Positions 56,415 through 64,000 of a stretch of 64,000 bases of DNA are shown one piece after another; the stretch's first letter is position 1; each line of letters starts with the position of its first letter. The notes under the pieces are model-generated. The model was not told the origin of the DNA and did not search any database. It saw nothing but the letters and a program-made list of their open reading frames with translations. The stretch is from an uncultured virus (IMG/VR IMGVR_UViG_3300000425_000001) (taxonomy: Duplodnaviria; Heunggongvirae; Uroviricota; Caudoviricetes). The translations under genes and the position numbers were made by a program. The stretch lies in the IMG/VR virus record IMGVR_UViG_3300000425_000001. One strand, written 5' to 3'.

Positions 56415-58780
56415 TGCCATATGAAGTACGATATAGTGATGAAGCTAATAAAGGTATTATACTAGTTGAAGATAACTTAATTAATATTGAAACTAGTATG
56501 CAACTACCTGGTAAAAGAGCAACAGGATACGGTAAAGCAGTAGCTGAAAACTTTTTACATTTATTAGAAAATTTTGCATCACCAAACGAACCAATAAATC
56601 CAGTTGAAGGACAACTATGGTACGACACTGGCGGCGCCGAAAGTCAGTTAAAAATTTACGATAGTACACAGTGGAAAACAGCAAGTGGATTTACTAAATC
56701 TGCTGCTAGACCAACAGCTTCACAATCCACCGCAGGTGACTTATGGGTTGACACAACTAACCAACAGTTATTTGTATATACCGGTGCAGCATGGGTTTTG
56801 ATCGGTCCTGAAACTTCTCTAGGCCTACTCACCGGCGGCAGAAAAGAAGAAATTATTACTACTACAGAAGAAACTGTAGAAATATTTACGCTGTTTATTG
56901 AAGGTGTACCGTATGCTATTCTAAGCTCACAGAATTTTACTCCTAAAGCTAAAATTGACGGCTTTAGTGCAATTTCAAAAGGCCTTAACATACGAGACGA
57001 AACTCCGTTCGAAGAAAACAATCCAATTAAGTTGCAGGGCGTTGCTGAAAAAGCAAAATCATTAGTTGTTACAACTGCAACTGGGTCACAAAATGTCCCA
57101 GCTGAAAACTTTATTAGAAGTGATGCTTCCGGCACTATGCAAAATCAGCTGAGAGTAAAAACCAATGACGGTATTAAAGTTGGGGCAGAAGATCATTTAA
57201 ACATTAAAGTACTAGCAGGCGATACAGATAGTATTCAATTTATTGCCAGTAAAAATGCATCAAATATTAAGTTTTCGCTAAGAGACGGTAATAAGTTCAA
57301 TGACGTACTCACTGTTGCAAGTAATGGTACTTTTGGTGTTAACAACACTAACCCAGATGAAGCATTACACGTTGTTGGAAACGTTAAGGTTACACCGATA
57401 ACTGACGATCCAACAAGTGGTGTTATAACAGTAGAAAACACATCCTCAAGTACAGATATTAACTCAGGATCTATTGTTGTTGCCGGCGGCGCAGGCATTG
57501 CAGAAAATCTTAATGTAGGTAACGATGTTTCAATTATAGGTGTTACAACTGTAGCTAATAACGTTTTACCTGCTACAACAGAAAATATAAATGTCGGCTC
57601 AGAAACACAATTGTTTAATACTGTGCACGCATTAAACTTTAAAGGGTCGTTAGAAGGTGACGTCACTGGTACAGTTAATGGTACAGCAGACAAAGCAAAT
57701 AAACTAGCTAATGCTACTACCTTTAGTGTTTCAGGAGATGTTGAAGCACCTAGTTTTGATTTCGATGGAAGTACAGGTGAAGAAAAGACCTTTAATATAT
57801 CGATCAAAAACACATTTATTTCCAGCAGAGATGCAGTAGCAAATGTAGCAGGAACAGATGAACTTTTGGTTAACGTAACTTCAGGTAATACAGGTGTACG
57901 TAGAGTTACAAAAAACGATTTTATTAAAACAGTTCCAATTACGCCTGTTGGTTCTATACTACCATTTGGTGGTAACACAGCACCGCCTGGATGGTTAATT
58001 TGTAATGGAGAAATTGTTAATAAGTCAGCGTATGCTCAGCTATGGGGTGTAATCGGTCATAATTTCTTAGATCCAACTCTACTAGCAGACGGCGGCTCAG
58101 CAACATTTGCACTTCCGGACATGCGTGGACGTATGCCGCTCGGTGTTGACAACATGGGCGGAACCCCGGCTAATAGAGTTACAAGTTCAGTACAAAGCTT
58201 TACAAATCTACAGGGTATTAATACTATTGGTACAGGTAGTAATGCAGTATTTTCTGTACAAACAAGTGAAGGAAATTATTCAGTACAAGTTACAAACCCA
58301 GGACAAGGTTATGAAGTTAATGACAAGATCACAATATCAGGTATAATATTTGGTGGTGCATCACCTGCGCATGATTTAACTATTACTGTAAATTCAACTC
58401 AAGCTAGAGGCGTTAAAACATTTAGTATTCAGGGTACTGCATTTACTGGTATAGGTGCTGACAAAATTGGTGCAAGCCTTGGTAGTCAATCTACTGAAAT
58501 TGAACTTAGAAACCTACCCGAACACGATCATCAACTTCGTGGTGATACTAGCCAATATTATGCTATCTCTCAAAGAGCAGAAGATCCAAATAATCCTGGA
58601 ACCTTGCTTACTGATACAGATGCAGAAGCAATATCAATTGAAGCAGGAACATCAGGCTTTCAAGGCGTGTCAACAAGCGGCGGAGTTAACACGTCTGCAG
58701 GACTTAGTGTTCCGTTGAATGTAATGAACCCATACTTGTCATTGAATTATATTATATACTACGGAGAAGTTTCAGAATGA
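56414..58780 (+). CDS. Tail fibre protein with phage tail-collar domain, 788 aa
   Basis: PVGSILPFGGNTAPPGWLICNG..FALPDMRGRMPLG and C-terminal MNPYLSLNYIIY. Confidence 0.85.
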   Translation: MPYEVRYSDEANKGIILVEDNLINIETSMQLPGKRATGYGKAVAENFLHLLENFASPNEPINPVEGQLWYDTGGAESQLKIYDSTQWKTASGFTKSAARPTASQSTAGDLWVDTTNQQLFVYTGAAWVLIGPETSLGLLTGGRKEEIITTTEETVEIFTLFIEGVPYAILSSQNFTPKAKIDGFSAISKGLNIRDETPFEENNPIKLQGVAEKAKSLVVTTATGSQNVPAENFIRSDASGTMQNQLRVKTNDGIKVGAEDHLNIKVLAGDTDSIQFIASKNASNIKFSLRDGNKFNDVLTVASNGTFGVNNTNPDEALHVVGNVKVTPITDDPTSGVITVENTSSSTDINSGSIVVAGGAGIAENLNVGNDVSIIGVTTVANNVLPATTENINVGSETQLFNTVHALNFKGSLEGDVTGTVNGTADKANKLANATTFSVSGDVEAPSFDFDGSTGEEKTFNISIKNTFISSRDAVANVAGTDELLVNVTSGNTGVRRVTKNDFIKTVPITPVGSILPFGGNTAPPGWLICNGEIVNKSAYAQLWGVIGHNFLDPTLLADGGSATFALPDMRGRMPLGVDNMGGTPANRVTSSVQSFTNLQGINTIGTGSNAVFSVQTSEGNYSVQVTNPGQGYEVNDKITISGIIFGGASPAHDLTITVNSTQARGVKTFSIQGTAFTGIGADKIGASLGSQSTEIELRNLPEHDHQLRGDTSQYYAISQRAEDPNNPGTLLTDTDAEAISIEAGTSGFQGVSTSGGVNTSAGLSVPLNVMNPYLSLNYIIYYGEVSE

Positions 58781-60663
58781 GCTATCAACTAAACAAAACA
58801 GACGGTACAATATTAGTAGACCTAATAGATGGTAAAATTGATAGTAACAGCACTAACTTAACATTAGTTGGTAGAGGGTATAGAGGATACGGCGAAGTTT
58901 TTAATGAAAATTTTATTAAACTATTAGAAAACTTTTCAAACACTGCTGCTCCGAGCAATCCACTAAGAGGGCAGTTATGGTGGGATACGTCAAACGAGAA
59001 ACTAAAACTATATACTGGCACACAATGGAAGTCTACCGGCGAACCTTTTGTGCAAGCAACACAGCCTGATGACTTAACTGAAGGTGACTTTTGGTTTGAC
59101 AATAGAAATGATCAGCTTTATTTCTTTGACGGAACAGGTGATCCTCTATTAATCGGACCAGGATATACAACCAGTCAAGGTAAAAGTGGTCTTTTTGTTG
59201 AAAATATTAGAAGTACAACTGGTTCAAACGTAGCAGTTGTAAAGTTGTTTATAGCTAGCTCAGAAGTTGGGTTGTTTAGTAACTCAGAATTTATTCCAAC
59301 ACTACAAGATCAAGTAGCACAGTTGGTCAATGATGATAACCCGAATGGGATTATTTTTAAAGGCTTTAATGTTTACGAAAAAGAAAACTTTAGATTTATC
59401 GGTATTGCTGAAAGTACAAGTAAACTTCAAACACAAGACGGTAGCTTATTAACAGCTGACCAATTTTTAAGAACAGACCAAGATGGATTGACTCTAGGAA
59501 GCCTTGATATACGAAACACACAAGGTTTGCAGTTTTCAACAGTTGACAATGCATATGTTAACATGCGTCCTCAAGGCACCGACTTCTTTATAGAAAACAG
59601 CTTAACAGCAAGCGACCTAAGACTAAGAGTACGTTCAGGTGCTAATCAAGGTCAAATTGTTGATGCAATTCGAGTTGATGCAAGTGAAGGTAGAATTGGC
59701 ATATTTAATGTTGGTAGACTACCACAGTACACACTAGACTTAGAAGGCGACATGCGTATCACAGGCAACCTAACAGTTGAAGGTGAACAGTTGAGTGTTG
59801 AAGTTACATCTCTACAAGTTTTGGACAAATCGATTAAACTTGCTGTTACTGCCGAAGGCATAGCAGGTCCTGACACCGTTGCAGACGGCGGCGGCATTGT
59901 ATTGAGATCTAATCAAGGTGACAAGTCAATAGTCTGGCGCCAAGATACTAACAGTTGGACATTTAATAAAAATATTGATATCCTAGACCCATTAGGCGGA
60001 TTGTCGATAGCAGGTGTAACTAAAATTGCAGGCTCAAGTTTGCAGAACATTACTTTTGCTGACGATCTTGTGAGACTCGGAACACTTGTTAGTCTTAATG
60101 TTGATAACTTAAACCTAGATGGCAACACAATTACTTCGACTACTGTGCTAAACATAAACTCACAGGGCGAGCTAAACATTACCACAGGCGGTGATATTAA
60201 CCTAGTACAAAGTCGTAAAATAAGAAATGTTTCACCCCCTGAATTAAACCAAGATGCTGCAAATAAAATTTATGTTGACAGTTCGTTCTTAACAGCACCG
60301 CTTACACTAACATTTGATGTTACTGGACTAGACACAGACATATCATATCTAGATACACTAGCTAGTTATATACAAGACCTATTTCCAGCAGAGTCACGTA
60401 ACATTGGCAAGGTAGCAAAAATACACACGACCAGTTATTCAAGTGTTGAAATTAATATCGACGGCGCTAAAAACGTTGAAACTGTTGCTGTTGATGCCGG
60501 TGGTACGCTCAACCAGCCAGTTGTACGAGATATTGCTTTTAGTAATATTCAATTTGCTAATCCGAATCGTCAGTTACTTGAATATGAAATTGAAGATTAC
60601 TTCGATCCAGACACTGGTTTAACTAGCCCAGCGTGGGTTTGGCAGAACACTACACAGTACTAA
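58777..60663 (+). CDS. Tail fibre-like protein, 628 aa
   Basis: Shares the N-terminal GYGE..NENF.KLLENF..P..GQLW.DT module with its neighbours; DAANKIYVD. Confidence 0.8.
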   Translation: MSYQLNKTDGTILVDLIDGKIDSNSTNLTLVGRGYRGYGEVFNENFIKLLENFSNTAAPSNPLRGQLWWDTSNEKLKLYTGTQWKSTGEPFVQATQPDDLTEGDFWFDNRNDQLYFFDGTGDPLLIGPGYTTSQGKSGLFVENIRSTTGSNVAVVKLFIASSEVGLFSNSEFIPTLQDQVAQLVNDDNPNGIIFKGFNVYEKENFRFIGIAESTSKLQTQDGSLLTADQFLRTDQDGLTLGSLDIRNTQGLQFSTVDNAYVNMRPQGTDFFIENSLTASDLRLRVRSGANQGQIVDAIRVDASEGRIGIFNVGRLPQYTLDLEGDMRITGNLTVEGEQLSVEVTSLQVLDKSIKLAVTAEGIAGPDTVADGGGIVLRSNQGDKSIVWRQDTNSWTFNKNIDILDPLGGLSIAGVTKIAGSSLQNITFADDLVRLGTLVSLNVDNLNLDGNTITSTTVLNINSQGELNITTGGDINLVQSRKIRNVSPPELNQDAANKIYVDSSFLTAPLTLTFDVTGLDTDISYLDTLASYIQDLFPAESRNIGKVAKIHTTSYSSVEINIDGAKNVETVAVDAGGTLNQPVVRDIAFSNIQFANPNRQLLEYEIEDYFDPDTGLTSPAWVWQNTTQY

Positions 60664-60702
60664 TAAGATAAATATATATAACAACCCAGAGGAACAACCA
60701 GT

Positions 60703-62226
60703 ATGGCATACCAAATAGATAGATTTGATAACTCACAACTAACAATTGTAGAGGACGGCACACTAGATCAAACAACTAACCTTAAGTTTATAGGTAAAAA
60801 CTATGCAGGCTACGGCGAAATTCAAAACGAAAATTTACTTTTCTTATTAGAAAACTTCGCAGGCGGCAATGCACCTACAAGAGCTATTAGAGGACAAATT
60901 TGGTTTGACACAGCACAGAATAAAATTAAATATTTTGTTGCAGCAGACAATGCATCGCCGGGTGTAGGATACTGGAAAGCAACAGGCGGCTCAGAAGTTA
61001 ATGCATTAACACCAAATGGGTTATCTGAGGGTGATTTTTGGTGGAATAATAGTACACAACAGTTGTACGTTTTAAATGCTAACGGTGATTTTGTATTAGT
61101 TGGTCCACAAGTAGCTGGCTCGGGTGTTACGAATATGGTTAGTGCTGAAGTGCAAGACACAACTGGTGCATCGAGAAGCATTATTCAGTCAGTTATTGAC
61201 GACACTGTGGTTTATATTATTAGTGCTAACGAGTTTACATTAAATGCAGTTAATCCGATTGAAGGTTTTGATAGAATTCGCAAAGGTCTAACACTAAAAT
61301 GGACTATGAATGCAGACAACGGAGTTACAAACAGTGCTCAAATTACTGATAGAGTGTTTCAATGGCACGGTACAGCATCTAATGCTGATAGACTAGGTGG
61401 TATTGATGCAGCTAACTATGTAACTACACTAGCACCTAGCTTTACAAACACAGTATCATTTGACGATGTTGGTCTAACCATCGGTGAAGGACTAGATCTA
61501 AGACTGTCCATTGAAAACGGCGATAAAGCAGTAATTGAAAACCAAACTGGTAACAGTAGTGAAATAAGATTTAAAGCAACTAACTTGTCCGGTGTAGGAA
61601 CAACATCAATTGTTATTAAACACAACGAGTTGGCTCCATTTACAAATAATAGTATCAGACTAGGTAATGCAAGTTATAAATTTAGTGAAGTACATTCTAC
61701 TGAATTTAAGGGTATTGCAGATCAAGCTGCGCTATTAGCAGTAGACGATAACGATCTAGTTCCTTATCAGTCTGCTACGTCAGCACCAACAGCAAATAAA
61801 ATTGTTTCAAGAGACAGCTCCGGTAATATAGCAGCGAATGTTATTATTGGTACAGCAACACAAGCTCGTTATGCTGACCTTGCAGAAAAATATACAACAG
61901 GTGAAGAACTAGCACCAGGTACAGCAGTAACAGTATGTGTGCATGACGGATATGAAATTGCACCAGCAAGTGCAAGTGACCACTGTATTGGAGTAATATC
62001 AACAGATCCTGCACTAATGATGAATAGTGAAGCTGAAGGACAATATGTTGGTCTTAAAGGACGCTTGCCTGTACGAGTAAGCGGTCCTGTTAGAAAAGGG
62101 CAAGCAGTGTATGCATGGAATGATGGAGTATGCCGTACAATTACAACTACTGCATTTGTTGGCATTGCACTAGAAGCAAATAACGAAGAGGGTGAAAAGC
62201 TAGTAGAGTGTGTTCTAAAAGTATAA
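60703..62226 (+). CDS. Tail fibre-like protein with a C-terminal chaperone/auto-processing (peptidase G2-like) domain, 507 aa
   Basis: Same N-terminal module; YADLAEKY..IGVISTDP..VGLKGRLPVRV; TAAATA at 60669. Confidence 0.8.
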   Translation: MAYQIDRFDNSQLTIVEDGTLDQTTNLKFIGKNYAGYGEIQNENLLFLLENFAGGNAPTRAIRGQIWFDTAQNKIKYFVAADNASPGVGYWKATGGSEVNALTPNGLSEGDFWWNNSTQQLYVLNANGDFVLVGPQVAGSGVTNMVSAEVQDTTGASRSIIQSVIDDTVVYIISANEFTLNAVNPIEGFDRIRKGLTLKWTMNADNGVTNSAQITDRVFQWHGTASNADRLGGIDAANYVTTLAPSFTNTVSFDDVGLTIGEGLDLRLSIENGDKAVIENQTGNSSEIRFKATNLSGVGTTSIVIKHNELAPFTNNSIRLGNASYKFSEVHSTEFKGIADQAALLAVDDNDLVPYQSATSAPTANKIVSRDSSGNIAANVIIGTATQARYADLAEKYTTGEELAPGTAVTVCVHDGYEIAPASASDHCIGVISTDPALMMNSEAEGQYVGLKGRLPVRVSGPVRKGQAVYAWNDGVCRTITTTAFVGIALEANNEEGEKLVECVLKV

Positions 62227-62238
62227 AGGAAAAATACA

Positions 62239-63294
62239 ATGGCTGTCGGTGATCCAATTACAGCATCAAGGTTTAACCTTTTACAAAAAAGATTAGCATC
62301 TATACTAGGTAGTGGTAATGCACAGACAGGCTACGGCCAGGGTATATCCGGGTACGGCGGTCGAGTATCCAGTAGCGAAGTTTCGGTACTAGCTGAAAGT
62401 AATAGAAATATTGCAACAGCTGAAAATATCAACGAACTTTATACAGACATTTTAAGAGCAAGAATTCATCAAATCGGGTTTGACAACGAAGAAATTACAA
62501 ATGCTGTACGTACTGCTAGGCTAAAGCCTAACTTGAATCTTATTGCAGACGAAACTAGTAATTTTTTCTCAAATCTAGCTGTTGAAGCTGATGACCCCGA
62601 TGGTGAACTGCTAGGAATGCGTGATTTTGAGCGTATGATGGATCGTGTAGAAGAGGATAAATTTCTTGTTCACGAATCGATGGCAATCGAAGAAACAGGT
62701 GAAAGCTTTTTTAGAGTACGAAAGTGGGACTTTAGATTAACACACGAAGTTAGAGTGCGTTTTAGAAATGCAAATCACCGTAGACATTTTTTTAATAGTG
62801 GCGGACAAATACTAATAAGTGCACTATTAAACAATCCTTCGGGAAATAAGTCGTTAGACTGGGCACAAACTCTATCGTTAGCCGGAATATTTAAATTTGG
62901 ACATAACTATTCAGAAAGTACTAGTACTGATACAGTGTCTCCTCCGACCTTACTTACAAACATAGGAAATTACCAACTTTCAACAGAATACGATGTATAT
63001 ACTGGTACAAATTTAGTCGGGCCATTATTTGTTAAACAAAGCCGCGGCGAATACGATGATGGAAGATATACAGATAATAGTTTTACGATAAGTGCAAAAG
63101 AAATTAATGCATCAGAAATACAATTTAGAATGGTATACGATGACGTATCTGCTGATTCTTTTGAGTATGTACAAGGAACAATGCGTAGTTTTGTAAATCA
63201 TTATCGTTCTAGAGGTACTTTTGAATCCGAAAATGATATATACTTAAACGTGGAAGTTCCTGCCCCGTATTACGAAAACATAACAACTTTTTAG
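62239..63294 (+). CDS. Virion structural protein, 351 aa
   Basis: ITASRFN..GYGQ..ARIHQ..RRHFFNSGG; AAGGA SD. Confidence 0.75.
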   Translation: MAVGDPITASRFNLLQKRLASILGSGNAQTGYGQGISGYGGRVSSSEVSVLAESNRNIATAENINELYTDILRARIHQIGFDNEEITNAVRTARLKPNLNLIADETSNFFSNLAVEADDPDGELLGMRDFERMMDRVEEDKFLVHESMAIEETGESFFRVRKWDFRLTHEVRVRFRNANHRRHFFNSGGQILISALLNNPSGNKSLDWAQTLSLAGIFKFGHNYSESTSTDTVSPPTLLTNIGNYQLSTEYDVYTGTNLVGPLFVKQSRGEYDDGRYTDNSFTISAKEINASEIQFRMVYDDVSADSFEYVQGTMRSFVNHYRSRGTFESENDIYLNVEVPAPYYENITTF

Positions 63295-63302
63295 GATTAT
63301 CT

Positions 63303-64000
63303 ATGGCCAATATAGTAACAGCAGAACGTTTTAACAATCTCCAAACACGCATTACACGAATATTAGGCTTTGGCGACGGAGACTTTGGATATAAACAAGG
63401 TTACAGCGAACCAACAGGGAACTATGGTCCTGCTGAATCCAGTTCTCCGGTATCAGCTAATCCATTAAGCAATAGGAATATCGCTACTGCTGAAGATACA
63501 AATCAATTATATATTGATTTATTAAGAGCAAGAATACATCAAATAGGTATTGATAATGCTGAAATTACTAATATTGTAAAAAATACTCGTATTGTAAAGG
63601 ATAGAAATGTCATTGCAGAAGGTGAAAGTTTCTTTGTAGACGACGACGGAACAGAAACCGTTGACCCGGAAGGATTTGCCAAAGGATTTGTAGACTTTGA
63701 ACTGTTAATGGACGCAATTGAAAATGATAAATTTCTCTGTCATTCTACACAAGGTGTTGTTGAAACCGGAGAGTTAGCTAATTCAGGATTTCCGGCTGTA
63801 TCTCAGAGAACGCTTGGGTGGAATACTACTATTGAATTTGTTGTAAAGGTTGTATTTAACGATTTTGATCACAGACGTGCATTCTTTAATAGTGGCGGCG
63901 AAATAAGATTAGAAGCAGCCCTAGACTTACCCGAAGGTGCTAAATCAGGTGACTGGGCTGACATGCTTAATTCGTCGGGAGTTATTAAATTTGGGTACGA
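63303..64000 (+). CDS. Paralog of 62239-63294, truncated by the window edge and missing from the ORF track
   Basis: MANIVTAERFNNLQ..NRNIATAED..LLRARIHQIG..RRAFFNSGGEI; open to the window end; AGGA SD. Confidence 0.85.
   Translation, partial: MANIVTAERFNNLQTRITRILGFGDGDFGYKQGYSEPTGNYGPAESSSPVSANPLSNRNIATAEDTNQLYIDLLRARIHQIGIDNAEITNIVKNTRIVKDRNVIAEGESFFVDDDGTETVDPEGFAKGFVDFELLMDAIENDKFLCHSTQGVVETGELANSGFPAVSQRTLGWNTTIEFVVKVVFNDFDHRRAFFNSGGEIRLEAALDLPEGAKSGDWADMLNSSGVIKFGY

Noticed and set aside
1..64000. Alternative genetic code, diversity-generating retroelement, intein or integrase
   Set aside because: Long ORFs are intact in the standard code, TAA, TAG and TGA all serve as stops, and no RT, template/variable repeat pair, intein or recombinase motifs were seen

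Overview
AT-rich segment of a large T4-related (Caudoviricetes, myovirus-type, probably jumbo) phage genome. The left arm (1-28056, almost all minus strand) holds fibre/virion genes, a T4-like head module (gp20 portal, an acidic scaffold-like protein, gp21, gp22, gp23) and a tape-measure-like gene. It also holds a short plus-strand gp26/gp51-like pair and a sigma70-driven island: gp55 late sigma factor, gp47/gp46, an intact-looking hemC, and a GIY-YIG nuclease followed by ~490 nt of densely structured non-coding sequence. The right arm (28132-64000, plus strand) is a baseplate/tail-fibre operon: gp53-, hub-, gp5-, gp25- and gp6-like genes, a 4692-aa wedge protein and paralogous fibres. A TAAATA late-promoter motif precedes most structural units. 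The top leads are the GIY-YIG gene with its large candidate ncRNA, a probable -1 frameshift joining the gp26/gp51-like pair, apparently leaderless late mRNAs, structured late leaders and phage-borne hemC. All assignments come from motif recognition by eye; no searches or folding programs were run.
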